The notes under the pieces were generated by a model that saw only the letters and a list, made by a program, of their open reading frames with translations, ran no database searches and was not told where the DNA came from. 64,000 nt of DNA from Pseudomonadota bacterium (GTDB lineage: Bacteria > Babelota > Babeliae > Babelales > CAIQNR01): contig JAIYDZ010000007.1 in the NCBI GenBank assembly GCA_027487215.1, positions 66,961 to 130,960 on the forward strand, read 5' to 3'. The translations under genes were made by a program, and so were the position numbers. Each line of letters starts with the position of its first letter. Within the stretch, counting starts at the first letter, position 1. Positions 10,167 through 20,086 of the stretch are shown piece after piece.

Positions 10167-11208
10167 GTCCTCAAATATAGGGGTAGATGAGGTTAACTCA
10201 ACATCTACTCAAGAAAATAAAGAAAAGCATAAAGCGCTCGAAGTAACTTTTGCGCAAATAGATAAGCAGTATGGAAAAGGAGCAGTAATGCTTCTTGGCC
10301 AGTCTGCAAATGCCAAGGTTGAAGCAATTTCAACAGGTTCGTTTACCCTTGATGAAGCATTGGGAATCGGTGGTTTTCCACGAGGAAGAATCGTAGAAAT
10401 TTATGGCCCTGAAGCTTCAGGTAAAACGACAATGGCATTACAAGCAATTGCTCATTCTCAAAAAGTGGGCGGGATTTGTGCATTTGTTGACGTAGAGCAT
10501 GCACTTGATCCTGAATATGCTGGAAAGTTGGGAATTAAAACCCAAGATTTAATCATTTCCCAGCCTGATTATGGTGAGCAGGCGCTTGATATTGTTGAAA
10601 TGCTTGTAAGATCTGGTGCTATTGATATTATTGTAGTGGATTCGGTTGCGGCTCTTGTACCAAAAGCTGAGCTTGAAGGTGATATGGGTGATACACATGT
10701 TGGGCTCCAGGCCCGCTTGATGTCTCAAGCACTTCGTAAGCTCACCCCAGTAGTGCATAAGTCAAAAACTGTTCTTATTTTTATTAACCAAATTCGTCAA
10801 AATATTAGCAGCATGGCATTTGGTAATAAAGAAACAACTTCAGGCGGAAACGCTCTTAAGTTTTACGCATCGGTTCGCCTTGATGTACGTAGAATTGCAA
10901 GTCTTAAAAAGAATGAAGTGCATTTTGGAAACCGAATCTCGATTAAGATTGCAAAGAATAAGGTTGCTCCACCCTTTAAAAAGGTTGAGCTTGACCTCTT
11001 GTTCTCTGAGGGGGTAAGTAGGGAACTAGAAATACTCGATGCGGCAATTGCAAGAGGAGTTATTACTCAGGCAGGCTCATGGTTTGCGTTTGAAGGAGCA
11101 AAGATCGCTCAAGGGAGAGATCAGGTGCTTCAACATCTCAAATCTGAAAAAGAGTTTGCGCAACAAGTCTTTGCAAAAGTGTATGGAGCTAAGGTAGTTG
11201 AAGGGTAA
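10156..11208 (+). CDS. recA: recombinase RecA
   Basis: [12 protein letters not shown], Walker [24 protein letters not shown] and INQIR are colinear with RecA. Confidence 0.97.
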   Translation: MKSKSSNIGVDEVNSTSTQENKEKHKALEVTFAQIDKQYGKGAVMLLGQSANAKVEAISTGSFTLDEALGIGGFPRGRIVEIYGPEASGKTTMALQAIAHSQKVGGICAFVDVEHALDPEYAGKLGIKTQDLIISQPDYGEQALDIVEMLVRSGAIDIIVVDSVAALVPKAELEGDMGDTHVGLQARLMSQALRKLTPVVHKSKTVLIFINQIRQNISSMAFGNKETTSGGNALKFYASVRLDVRRIASLKKNEVHFGNRISIKIAKNKVAPPFKKVELDLLFSEGVSRELEILDAAIARGVITQAGSWFAFEGAKIAQGRDQVLQHLKSEKEFAQQVFAKVYGAKVVEG

Positions 11209-11256
11209 AGTTGTTTCTACTAGTTGTAAGGAAAAGCCATTAAAAAAAGAGGTCAA

Positions 11257-11814
11257 TTGGATCAACAAAAAAACGATTCTCGCGTTGTTGGTCCTTTAGC
11301 TAACGAAGAAATTCGCGCTGAGAAAGTCCAGGTTATTGATGCCGATGGTGTAAACCATGGAGTGGTAGAAAGACGAGTTGCACTTACAATGGCAAAAGAT
11401 GCAGGACTTGATTTAGTGTTGCTTGCTGACAGTGGTTCGTTCGGAGTTCCTGTTACCAAAATTATGGATATTGGTAAGGAATTGTACAATAGAAAGAAAA
11501 AGCAAGCCGAAGCTAAAAAGCATCAAAAAGTGATTTTAATTAAGGAAATAAGAATCCGTCCTAAGATTGGTGAGCATGATTTTCAAACCAAGCTTACTCA
11601 AGGGGTCAGATTCTTAGAAGATGGTAATAAGCTAAAAGTGACATTGGTTTTTCGTGGCCGCGAAGCGGTTAATAGAAATGATCAAGGTCGCGAGTTGTTT
11701 GATAAAATAGGCAAAACGTTTGAAGAGCACGGTGTGCTCGAACGAATCATCGAGGAAAAAGAGCTCCGAGCTGATTCTGCGTGGTCTAAAGTGTTTTTTA
11801 TGAAGAAAAAATAG
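11257..11814 (+). CDS. infC: translation initiation factor IF-3
   Basis: NEEIRAEKVQVIDADGVNHGVV...KEIRIRPKIGEHDFQTK is typical IF-3. The frame opens with TTG at 11257. Followed by rpmI-rplT as in the conserved operon. Confidence 0.95.
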   Translation: MDQQKNDSRVVGPLANEEIRAEKVQVIDADGVNHGVVERRVALTMAKDAGLDLVLLADSGSFGVPVTKIMDIGKELYNRKKKQAEAKKHQKVILIKEIRIRPKIGEHDFQTKLTQGVRFLEDGNKLKVTLVFRGREAVNRNDQGRELFDKIGKTFEEHGVLERIIEEKELRADSAWSKVFFMKKK

Positions 11815-11823
11815 AGGATATTC

Positions 11824-12018
11824 ATGCCTAAAATGAAAACAAACGCTGCTGCAAAAAAGCGTTTTAAGAAGCTCAAGAGTGGTAAGATTAAACGCATGTC
11901 TGCGGGACGTCGCCACCTCCTTACTAAGAAAACCAGAAAAACAAAGCGTACATTGCGTAAAAGCGCGTACATTGCAAAATGTGATTACAAGCACATAGCA
12001 TTGTTGTTGCCAAGTTAA
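11824..12018 (+). CDS. rpmI: 50S ribosomal protein L35
   Basis: [24 protein letters not shown]... is the canonical L35 N-terminus. Confidence 0.95.
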   Translation: MPKMKTNAAAKKRFKKLKSGKIKRMSAGRRHLLTKKTRKTKRTLRKSAYIAKCDYKHIALLLPS

Positions 12019-12043
12019 AATATTAGTATAAGGATAGAGAGCC

Positions 12044-12400
12044 ATGACTAGAGTTAAACGTGGTACGGTTACAAAAAAACGCCACAAACGGTTATTAAAA
12101 CAAACTAAAGGTTTTTGGGGACAACGCAAAAATATTTTTAGACGTGCAAAAGAAACATTACTTCGTGCGATGGCCTATGCATTCATAGGTAGAAAACAAA
12201 AGAAGCGTGATATGCGCGGTTTGTTTATTGTTCGTATCAAGGCTGGTGCTCAAAAGCACGATATGTCATACAACCATTTCATGCACGGTTTGAAAAAAGC
12301 GGGTGTTACGCTTAACAGAAAAATGTTGAGTCAACTTGCAATCTTTGAACCACAAGGGTTTTCAAAACTTGTTGAAGTAGCAAAAAAAAGCCGTTCTTGA
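12044..12400 (+). CDS. rplT: 50S ribosomal protein L20
   Basis: MTRVKRGTVTKKRHKRLLKQTKGFWG is the canonical L20 N-terminus. Confidence 0.95.
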   Translation: MTRVKRGTVTKKRHKRLLKQTKGFWGQRKNIFRRAKETLLRAMAYAFIGRKQKKRDMRGLFIVRIKAGAQKHDMSYNHFMHGLKKAGVTLNRKMLSQLAIFEPQGFSKLVEVAKKSRS

Positions 12401-12464
12401 CAAGAAATTATCCTTCTCTGTACACTTGATTCCAGTTGTATTTTCCTTAAGAGGAGAAAAAGCG

Positions 12465-12716
12465 ATGGAATTATTAGGAGCTCTCGAAAAAAAACTTGCA
12501 CATCTGGTAGCACTGATTAAAGAGCTTAGGACAGAGAAGGAATTATTTTTGGTAGAAAATGCTGCTTTAAAAGAGCACATTAACAACCTTGAACAGGCAC
12601 TTCTCAAGAAAGATGAAGATTTTAAGCGTTGGGACACAGAAAAAACTTTCGCGAGAAAAGCTGTTGATGAATTAATAGCAGATATTGATTCACTGATAGA
12701 AAGCGAAAGTAATTAA
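12465..12716 (+). CDS. ZapB-like coiled-coil cell-division protein
   Basis: ATG at 12465 preceded by GAGGAG; the track start at 12426 lacks an RBS. An 83-aa continuous heptad coiled coil (MELLGALEKKLAHLVALIKELRTEKE...). The stop overlaps the zapA start. Confidence 0.5.
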   Translation: MELLGALEKKLAHLVALIKELRTEKELFLVENAALKEHINNLEQALLKKDEDFKRWDTEKTFARKAVDELIADIDSLIESESN

Positions 12717-13003
12717 TGCGTAACGAAACCCAAAATGTTTCTATTTTTGAAGAAACGTATTCTATTGTTACAGATGAGTCCGCAGAACTTTTACAACATG
12801 CTGCTACATTAGTAGATGAGCGTATGAAAGGTGCTGCGCAAGCAGGTATCCGTGATCAAAAAAAGATTGCTGTACTTGTGGCACTTCAACTGGCGAGTGA
12901 GTTGCTCAAAGAAGAGGCTCAATCAGAAGGTGTTCGTGCAACAAACAAAGCAATTATTGAGTGGCTTGAACGTTGTAATGCTGTTTTATCGGACCTCGAG
13001 TGA
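12716..13003 (+). CDS. zapA: cell division protein ZapA
   Basis: VSIFEETYSIVTDESAELLQHAATLVDERMK...KIAVLVALQLASELL matches the ZapA fold pattern and size. Confidence 0.75.
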   Translation: MRNETQNVSIFEETYSIVTDESAELLQHAATLVDERMKGAAQAGIRDQKKIAVLVALQLASELLKEEAQSEGVRATNKAIIEWLERCNAVLSDLE

Positions 13004-13125
13004 CATATAAGTTTCCATTGCTGTTCCCGTATAGTGTATTTAAGTACTTTCTACGGAGCTAATCTTCTTGAGTGTGTACAACGTGTGGTACAGAAATAAT
13101 CTATTAGTGAACTAAGTGGGAAAAA

Positions 13126-14685
13126 ATGATGATTGATTTTATACTTTATATCGGTAGTGCGGCATCCTTTGCAGCTGCGCTGGCGATATTTTTTTTTGCA
13201 AGAAAAAAAATACTTGCTGCTAACGATCTTCTTGGTCGTGCAGATGAAAAATGGAGAAGTGTTAAACGGGATATAGAAAACGAACGTCGTGAAGCACTTC
13301 TTAAGATAAAAGATGAAATTTACAAACGCAGAAGCGATTTTGAAATAGAAATGCGCAGAGATAAGCTGGACATTGAAAGACAGCAATCAAAAATTGCTTC
13401 AAAATACGAAGCAATTGAAAAAAAAGAAGTTCAGCTTGATGAACTCAAAAATGAGTTACAACAAAAAGAACGTAAAATGTCTCGTTTGAATGAAACACTT
13501 CATGCAAACGAAGAAAAATTAAAAGTACTGTATTCAGAACTCATTACTAAACTAGAAAACATGAGTGGTTTAAGTAAAGAGCAGGCAAAAAAAGAACTTG
13601 CAGACACTCTTCAAGCTGAAGTACATCTTTCAAATCAAAAATGGATTCAGAAAATTGAAGAAGAATATCGTCAAACAGCCAAAACAAAAGCTGTTGATAT
13701 CACTGTTACTGCAATGCAGCGCTATACTATAGATCAGGTAGCACAACATTCTTCAAGTGTTATTCATCTTCCTAATGAGAATATGAAGGGCCGTATTATC
13801 GGTAAAGAAGGCCGTAATATTAAAGCACTTGAAATGGCAACTGGTATGGAGTTTGTCATTGGAGATATTCCTGAAATCATTACTATCTCAGGATTCAATC
13901 CGATTCGCCGTGAAGTGGCTAGAAGAACTTTAGAAAGACTGATTGCAGACGAAAAAATTAACCCAACCAGAATTGAAGAAACCGTTGCTGCTTGCGAAAA
14001 AGAAATCGAAGAAATTATTGAAGAATACGGCAAAAACGCAGTTCTTGATTTCAATCTTCAAGGAGTACATCCAGAAATTGTAACCTTGCTTGGTAAGCTT
14101 CATTTCAGAACAAGTTTCTCACAAAACGTACTTGATCACTCCCGAGAAGTGGGTATGTTTGCACGTATGATTGCAGAAGAATTGGGCCTTGATGGTCAAA
14201 TTGCTATGAGAGCAGGACTTTTGCATGATATTGGTAAAGCAGTAACCGCTGAAGTTGAAGGTCCTCATGCTATGATTGGTGGAGATATTGCAAAACGCTG
14301 TGGAGAACATCCATTTGTAGTGAACGCAATTGCCGCTCATCATGAAGAAGTTCCTTTTATTTCTATTTACTCACCAATTATTATGATTGCTGATACCATC
14401 TCGGCATCACGTCCTGGCGCACGTAAAGAAACACTTGCTGCGTATGTAAAACGTGTTGAGAAGCTTGAAGAAATTGCAACAAGTTTTGATGGCGTTAAAA
14501 AAGCATATGCATTGCAAGCAGGCCGTGAAGTACGAGTTATTGTAGAAGAAGATTTTCTGGATGATGAAAAAGCAGCACTGCTTGCGCGTGAAATTGCTGA
14601 GAAAATTGAACAGGATATGAATTTTCCTGGTCAAATCAAAGTAAACGTCATCAGGGAAAAACGTACTATTGAATACGCTCGATAA
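13126..14685 (+). CDS. rny: ribonuclease Y
   Basis: N-terminal TM helix, a long coiled coil, a KH motif GRIIGKEGRNIKALE and an HD domain GLLHDIGK...AHHE. Length 519 aa. Confidence 0.93.
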   Translation: MMIDFILYIGSAASFAAALAIFFFARKKILAANDLLGRADEKWRSVKRDIENERREALLKIKDEIYKRRSDFEIEMRRDKLDIERQQSKIASKYEAIEKKEVQLDELKNELQQKERKMSRLNETLHANEEKLKVLYSELITKLENMSGLSKEQAKKELADTLQAEVHLSNQKWIQKIEEEYRQTAKTKAVDITVTAMQRYTIDQVAQHSSSVIHLPNENMKGRIIGKEGRNIKALEMATGMEFVIGDIPEIITISGFNPIRREVARRTLERLIADEKINPTRIEETVAACEKEIEEIIEEYGKNAVLDFNLQGVHPEIVTLLGKLHFRTSFSQNVLDHSREVGMFARMIAEELGLDGQIAMRAGLLHDIGKAVTAEVEGPHAMIGGDIAKRCGEHPFVVNAIAAHHEEVPFISIYSPIIMIADTISASRPGARKETLAAYVKRVEKLEEIATSFDGVKKAYALQAGREVRVIVEEDFLDDEKAALLAREIAEKIEQDMNFPGQIKVNVIREKRTIEYAR

Positions 14686-14739
14686 AAAGAGTCTGTTTTG
14701 TAAAACCAAGCAGTAGGTACTAGTTTAGCTACCTTGTTA

Positions 14740-15681
14740 ATGGTGCAAACTGGTGCAAAAGGGAAAAGAGTCATGATACTTTTAATAGTATTTTGCTTAA
14801 TTGGAACCGGCGTATTCATGATCGGTAAACAGATTACGCTTTATGCCGATCCATTTTTTTTGACTGGAGTAAGAATTGTTGCAGGCGGATTGTATTTTCT
14901 TGCTTATCAATTTTTTTCTAATCGTCAAAACTTCATTATAAGACGCTCCTGGTTACCTCTTTTAATTGGTTACAGTATTTGCGTTTTTATTCTCGATAGT
15001 TTCAGGTTGGTAGGATTGAAATATATTCCTTCGCCTCATGCGGCACTTATTGCAACCACAGCACCTTTTATCGCAGCAATTCTTTCATGGATAGCTTTTA
15101 AAGAAAAGATTAATCTAAAAAAAGCCTGTGCCCTTATCTTAGGCTTTGTGGGCGTTATGCCTTTGCTTATCCCTCGAGTTAGTTTTAGTGATACACAATT
15201 TACCTATCCGTTTTTTGCCTATGGAATGGTATTTCTTTCTACTGCAGCATTTGTTGTAGGTGGAATTTTTGCCAAAACATTACTAAAGCGTGGTATGCCA
15301 TTTTTTATGCTTGTCGGAACTGCAATGACAGGCGGGGGATTGCTTGGTTTTGGAGCCTCATTACTTTATGAACCTTGGTATCCTGTACCTATTTCAGATT
15401 TTTCAAAAGTGATTGTGCCGATGGTATATCTTATTATTACCCATAGTTTGATTGCCTATCCGCTCTATAACTATCTCATTTCGATTTACCCAATTACCTT
15501 CGTTTCCTTTACCCAGTTGATTCTTCCTTTTTTGACAGCGCTTCTGGGTGTAATAATTTCAGGAGAAAAAATAGGGTTTGAATTTTTAACATCATCAATT
15601 ATTTTAACTATTTCACTCACACTTTTTTACTCTGAAGAATTAAGAGAAGGTCTTATAAAAAAACGTTCACAACCTCTTTAA
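14740..15681 (+). CDS. EamA/DMT-family transporter
   Basis: Ten predicted TM helices in two EamA halves. Paralog of the next gene. Start ambiguous (ATG 14740 or 14773; the track uses TTG 14734). Confidence 0.75.
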   Translation: MVQTGAKGKRVMILLIVFCLIGTGVFMIGKQITLYADPFFLTGVRIVAGGLYFLAYQFFSNRQNFIIRRSWLPLLIGYSICVFILDSFRLVGLKYIPSPHAALIATTAPFIAAILSWIAFKEKINLKKACALILGFVGVMPLLIPRVSFSDTQFTYPFFAYGMVFLSTAAFVVGGIFAKTLLKRGMPFFMLVGTAMTGGGLLGFGASLLYEPWYPVPISDFSKVIVPMVYLIITHSLIAYPLYNYLISIYPITFVSFTQLILPFLTALLGVIISGEKIGFEFLTSSIILTISLTLFYSEELREGLIKKRSQPL

Positions 15682-15692
15682 AAGGTATTTTC

Positions 15693-16598
15693 ATGATTTC
15701 TATATTTATTCTTTATGCTTTGTTTGGTAGTACATTTACCATCGGTAAAGAAGCTATTGCACACATTCCGCCAATTTTCTTTATTGGTCTGCGTATGATT
15801 TTAGCAGGCATTTTACTTATTGGATTTGTAAAATTTTATCAAAAAAAATCAGTCCGTATAAAATCAAAAGATTTGATTCTCGTGGGACTGGTAGCTTTTT
15901 TCCAATTCTATCTTTCTTTTGTTTTAGAATTTGTTGCACTTGATTATTTACCCTCATCAAAAGTTGCACTTCTTTATAATACTTCACCATTTATCACAGC
16001 TTTTCTTTCATATTTATTCTTTAGTGAAGTAATGACCTTTAGAAAGTGGATTGGACTGATTGCAAGCTTTCTTGCCTTTATACCCTTAATCATGGAAACA
16101 GCTGACGGTAAAGAACTTGCCTTGGGTGCAATCGGTTCATTTTCAATTCCAGAAATTTTGCTACTTACTGCCGTAGTAGCCTCATGTTTGGGATGGATTG
16201 CAATGAGACCTTTAACACGAGACCACAGCAATTCCTATATTCTTATTAATGGTGTTGCCATGCTATGGGGCGGTGTTCTTGCATTAGGAACAGCATTCTT
16301 TTATGAACCAATTCCTAGCCTTGAATCTCTTGTTTCAACCCCTGTATTAATTTCTATGGGACTATTAATTTTAATTGGAAACGTTATCTGTTTTAACTTA
16401 TACAGCAAATTATTGCGAACTTATTCGCCAACGCTACTGTCATTTTTTGGTTTTTTTGCACCACTCTTTACAGCACTTTTTAGCTGGTGGTGGTTTGGTG
16501 AACATATTTCACCTGCATTTTACCAAACAACAATCCTCGTAATTATAAGCTCTTATTTCTTTTACCAAGAAGAGCTCAAACAAGGATATATCCTGTAA
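15693..16598 (+). CDS. EamA/DMT-family transporter
   Basis: Ten TM helices. FGSTFTIGKEAI, LRMILAG and ALDYLPSS are typical EamA motifs. Confidence 0.8.
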   Translation: MISIFILYALFGSTFTIGKEAIAHIPPIFFIGLRMILAGILLIGFVKFYQKKSVRIKSKDLILVGLVAFFQFYLSFVLEFVALDYLPSSKVALLYNTSPFITAFLSYLFFSEVMTFRKWIGLIASFLAFIPLIMETADGKELALGAIGSFSIPEILLLTAVVASCLGWIAMRPLTRDHSNSYILINGVAMLWGGVLALGTAFFYEPIPSLESLVSTPVLISMGLLILIGNVICFNLYSKLLRTYSPTLLSFFGFFAPLFTALFSWWWFGEHISPAFYQTTILVIISSYFFYQEELKQGYIL

Positions 16599-16622
16599 TT
16601 TAATATTTTAAGTAGTTTTTAA

Positions 16623-16660
16623 AAATATACCGAGTGTAGTTATTTATACTCGGTATATTT
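16623..16660. terminator. bidirectional stem-loop terminator between convergent genes
   Basis: AAATATACCGAGT (16623-16635) pairs perfectly with ACTCGGTATATTT (16648-16660). A-run on the left and T-run on the right. The right arm overlaps the last codons of the minus-strand gene. Confidence 0.6.
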
Positions 16661-17002
16661 ATTTGATCGGCCTTTACATTTTTCTACCGGATATTTTTGA
16701 GCATTTTTAGCTATCTTGTTTTCAATAGCCTGAGCCAAATCAATTCCAGTAGCATTGGCAAAACAAAGTGCCAAAACTACAATATCAGCAATTTCATCCT
16801 GAACTTCAATCATTTTTTGACTTACTACTTCTTTACTCTCTTTAGAATTACACCACGTAAAAATCTCCATAAGCTCAGCTGCTTCAACTGAAAGTTTCAT
16901 ACTTAGATTTTTTGGAGTGTGAAATTGATTCCATTCTCGTTCATCATTAAATGCTTTTACGACGTTCTTAAGCTGCGCAAAAGTTGTTTTAGAATCATTC
17001 AT
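16640..17002 (-). CDS. MazG-like nucleoside-triphosphate pyrophosphohydrolase (dCTPase/YpjD-like)
   Basis: FNDEREWNQFHTPKNLSMKLSVEAAELMEIF....EVQDEIADIVV is the all-alpha MazG EExxE...D metal-site pattern. ATG 17002 preceded by AGAGGA. Confidence 0.75.
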   Translation of the reverse strand: MNDSKTTFAQLKNVVKAFNDEREWNQFHTPKNLSMKLSVEAAELMEIFTWCNSKESKEVVSQKMIEVQDEIADIVVLALCFANATGIDLAQAIENKIAKNAQKYPVEKCKGRSNKYTEYK

Positions 17003-17086
17003 AGTAAGTCCTCTTTTGTACATTTTTTTAAGATTTCGTATACTGTGACGATACTATACATTAAGGTTTTGAGGAATAAAAGTCTT

Positions 17087-18499
17087 ATGAACAAGCTCCC
17101 AAATATAAAAACGCACTTTCCTGAATGGTACCAAGAAGTTATTTATCAAGCAGAACTGGTTGACCAGGCACCCGTAAGAGGATGCATGGTCGTAAGACCC
17201 TATGGTAATGATATCTGGGAAAGCATTAAAGGGGTCATGGATAAAAAGATCAAAGATACTGGTCATAAGAACGCAATTTTTCCTCTCTTGATACCACAGT
17301 CGTTCTTGCAAAAAGAAGCCGATCATATTGAAGGGTTTGCGCCTGAGGTTGCAGTTGTAACCCATGCTGGCGGTAAAGAACTGGCAGAGCCGCTCATTGT
17401 AAGGCCAACTTCAGAAACAATTGTGCATTTTATGTTTGCGCGCTGGATTAAATCATGGCGTGATTTACCTTTAAAAATTAATCAATGGGCTAACGTAGTG
17501 CGTTGGGAAATGAGACCGCGTGCATTTATAAGAACAACTGAATTCTTTTGGCAAGAAGGCCATACAGCGCATGCTGCTCGCAAAGAAGCTGAAGAAGAAG
17601 TTCTTTTAATGTTATCTCATTATAAAGATTTAGCTGAAAACTATTTGGCAATTCCGGTTATCATCGGTCGCAAATCAGAAGGTGAGAAATTTCCTGGCGC
17701 AGAGAAAACCTACACCTTTGAAGGGTTTATGCCTGATGGTAAGGCATTGCAAATGGGAACCTCTCATTTGCTTTCTCAAAGCTTTGCTCACGCATTTGAA
17801 ATGACTTTCCAAGATGAACAAGGAACTGTACAGCATCCATGGCTTACCAGTTGGGGCTGTACTACTCGCCTAGTGGGCGCTTTAGTCATGGTCCATGGTG
17901 ACGACAAAGGTCTTGTGCTTCCTCCTCGCATTGCGCCAATTCAAGTAGTTATTGTACCAATCTATAAAACAGATGAGGACAAAAAACTTGTCCTTGATAA
18001 AGCCCAAGAAATTAAAAATCAGTTAGGAGAGGGTGTTCGTACCCTTATTGACACTGATGACAAAAAAACTCCAGGCAATAAATTCTATCATTGGGAGCTG
18101 CGCGGTGTTCCAGTTCGCATAGAGATCGGACCACGAGATCTTCAAAATAATCAGGTTACCTGTGCCGATAGACTAGGAATAAAAGAAGCTGTAAGCCTTG
18201 ATACTATTATTCAATATATTCCTCAAAAACTCGATGCGCTCCATCACGCTTTGTATGATCGTGCAAAAAACAGACTAACTGAACAATGGATACAACGAGA
18301 AACGCTTCAAGAAATTTTAGATGGCTCAGAAGCCACACTCACTCAAACAGGTTTTTGTGAAAGTAGGCCATGCGAAGTAGTTCTTAAAGAACATAAACTT
18401 TCAATTCGCTGCCTTCTTGAAGAAGAAAAAAAGCATACTACCTGTTTTAACTGTAAAGCTCCAAGTACCAAAGACGCTATCATAGCTCGTTCATACTAA
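17087..18499 (+). CDS. proS: prolyl-tRNA synthetase, archaeal/eukaryote-type (no INS editing domain)
   Basis: FPEWYQEVI...VRGCMVVRPYG, RPTSET, class II motifs, an anticodon-binding domain, and a C-terminal Cys-containing domain ending in Tyr (ARSY). ATG 17087 after GAGGA. The track's 5' extension overlaps the divergent gene. Confidence 0.93.
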   Translation: MNKLPNIKTHFPEWYQEVIYQAELVDQAPVRGCMVVRPYGNDIWESIKGVMDKKIKDTGHKNAIFPLLIPQSFLQKEADHIEGFAPEVAVVTHAGGKELAEPLIVRPTSETIVHFMFARWIKSWRDLPLKINQWANVVRWEMRPRAFIRTTEFFWQEGHTAHAARKEAEEEVLLMLSHYKDLAENYLAIPVIIGRKSEGEKFPGAEKTYTFEGFMPDGKALQMGTSHLLSQSFAHAFEMTFQDEQGTVQHPWLTSWGCTTRLVGALVMVHGDDKGLVLPPRIAPIQVVIVPIYKTDEDKKLVLDKAQEIKNQLGEGVRTLIDTDDKKTPGNKFYHWELRGVPVRIEIGPRDLQNNQVTCADRLGIKEAVSLDTIIQYIPQKLDALHHALYDRAKNRLTEQWIQRETLQEILDGSEATLTQTGFCESRPCEVVLKEHKLSIRCLLEEEKKHTTCFNCKAPSTKDAIIARSY

Positions 18500-18623
18500 A
18501 AGCTTCTACAGCAAAAAGTAGGCCTTGAAATTAAAGAGGATGAAAGCATAAGTAAGCTGTCGTATAATTTTCTTGTAAAAAGTTTCATCCTTCTTTATCT
18601 TTTAGGTATTAATTTTTACTGCA

Positions 18624-19556
18624 TTGGCTAAAAAGGAGAATGCTGTGACCGATCAAACACTTGTTACCCGCTTTGAGAGTTATCTTCTTACAGAACGTCG
18701 AGTTGCTCGTAATACCTTTGAAGCTTATAAAAGTGATATTGAGCAGCTCATGTCTTTTTTTGCATCTATACAAAAAAACCTACAAACGGTTACATCCCAA
18801 GATCTTAAGGATTTTTTAAAGTTTCTCAAAGAGAGTGGAATTACTGCCCGAAGCATGGCGCGTAAAATATCCTGTATCAAAACTTTTTTTGGATTCTTGC
18901 ACGATCATTACGATATGAAAAAAATTTCTGATCAGTTAATTTTACCCAAACTGGAACGAAAATTACCCCATCATCTTAATGAAGAAGACATTCAAAAACT
19001 TTTGAACTCTGCAGATAAAGATAATTCTTTAACGGGTATACGAAATAAAGTAATGCTTTATCTTCTCTATGTTTCTGGTGCGCGAGTCAGTGAAATAGCA
19101 AATCTGAAACTTTCAAATGTGGATTTTTCAAGCAAGTTTCTTCTCATACCAGGAAAAGGGAGCAAAGAGCGCATGGTTCCTGTTCATGAACATATGCTCT
19201 CATTATTGCGTCTCTATTTAGATAATGCTTTTCCAGCACTTTTAATTAAAGAAAATCAACGCCTTAATACTGAGTTTCTTTTTCCTACTTATTACAATAA
19301 ACAGTTACGCCCGATGACACGACAACTTTTTTGGATGTATCTTAAAAAAATAGCCGCTGATGCTGGAATCAAAAAGGAATTATCTCCTCATACTCTTCGT
19401 CATTCACTTGCAACCCATCTTCTTAAAAACGGTGCTGATCTACGCTCATTACAGCTACTACTTGGACATGAACAATTGACAACGGTACAGATTTATACGC
19501 ATGTTGAAACAAGCCACTTGCGTAAAGTATACGATGATAAACACCCCCGTTCATAA
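18624..19556 (+). CDS. tyrosine site-specific recombinase, XerC/XerD family
   Basis: ARNTFEAYKSDIEQL (N-terminal SAM-like domain), SGARVSE, HTLRHSLATHLLKNGADLRSLQLLLGHEQLTTVQIYTHV. The true start is probably GTG 18645, 6 nt after AAGGAG. Confidence 0.9.
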   Translation: MAKKENAVTDQTLVTRFESYLLTERRVARNTFEAYKSDIEQLMSFFASIQKNLQTVTSQDLKDFLKFLKESGITARSMARKISCIKTFFGFLHDHYDMKKISDQLILPKLERKLPHHLNEEDIQKLLNSADKDNSLTGIRNKVMLYLLYVSGARVSEIANLKLSNVDFSSKFLLIPGKGSKERMVPVHEHMLSLLRLYLDNAFPALLIKENQRLNTEFLFPTYYNKQLRPMTRQLFWMYLKKIAADAGIKKELSPHTLRHSLATHLLKNGADLRSLQLLLGHEQLTTVQIYTHVETSHLRKVYDDKHPRS

Positions 19557-19567
19557 AAGAAGTAATT

Positions 19568-20086
19568 ATGCAAAAACCTTCTCGCGTTATGATTTTTGGT
19601 AGACCAGGAAGCGGCAAATCAACCCTTGCCGTTAAATTGCATGAACTTACTCAGATACCGCTTTATCATCTTGATCAATATTTTTATCTTCCACAGTGGC
19701 AAGAAAGACCCTATGAGGACTTTTTATCAATACAACAATCTCTCGTTGATAAAGATGCATGGATTATAGATGGTAATTGTCTTGATACGCTTGCTATGCG
19801 TTATGCTCGCGCAGATGTAATTCTCTATTTTAAGTTACCCCGATGGATTTGCCTGGCTCGAGTATTTAAACGGTTCTTTAAAAACAATAGAAAAGATCCT
19901 TTAGCTCAAGGGTGTAAAGAAACGGTTAAATTCAAGCTTTTAAACTACATGTGGAATTTTGAAAAGAAGGTAGAAGAACCTTTAGATAGATTAGAAGAAC
20001 TGTATCCCTTAAAATCTTTGCTTGTAATTAATTGTTCAGCAGACATTAAAAAGATTGAGGAACATTTTAATGTTTCACTCCGTTAA
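19568..20086 (+). CDS. P-loop NTPase, adenylate-kinase-like (topology-modulation FlaR-type)
   Basis: IFGRPGSGKSTLA P-loop. Size (~170 aa) and WIIDGN motif as in the FlaR/AAA_18-like small kinases. Confidence 0.6.
   Translation: MQKPSRVMIFGRPGSGKSTLAVKLHELTQIPLYHLDQYFYLPQWQERPYEDFLSIQQSLVDKDAWIIDGNCLDTLAMRYARADVILYFKLPRWICLARVFKRFFKNNRKDPLAQGCKETVKFKLLNYMWNFEKKVEEPLDRLEELYPLKSLLVINCSADIKKIEEHFNVSLR

Noticed and set aside
11632-12129. 165-aa and 96-aa minus-strand ORFs.
   Set aside because: They are antisense to infC-rpmI-rplT. They are shadow ORFs of highly conserved genes.
13004-13125. Possible 6S RNA (ssrS) downstream of zapA, as in the proteobacterial zapA-ssrS synteny.
   Set aside because: The spacer is only 122 nt against ~180 nt for 6S. 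Only short 5-bp local stems are present, with no long closing helix or central bubble and no terminator before rny.
16919-17086. 56-codon N-terminal extension of the proS ORF in the track.
   Set aside because: It overlaps the divergent MazG-like gene and looks like junk peptide. The conserved ProRS N-terminus begins at ATG 17087 behind GAGGA.
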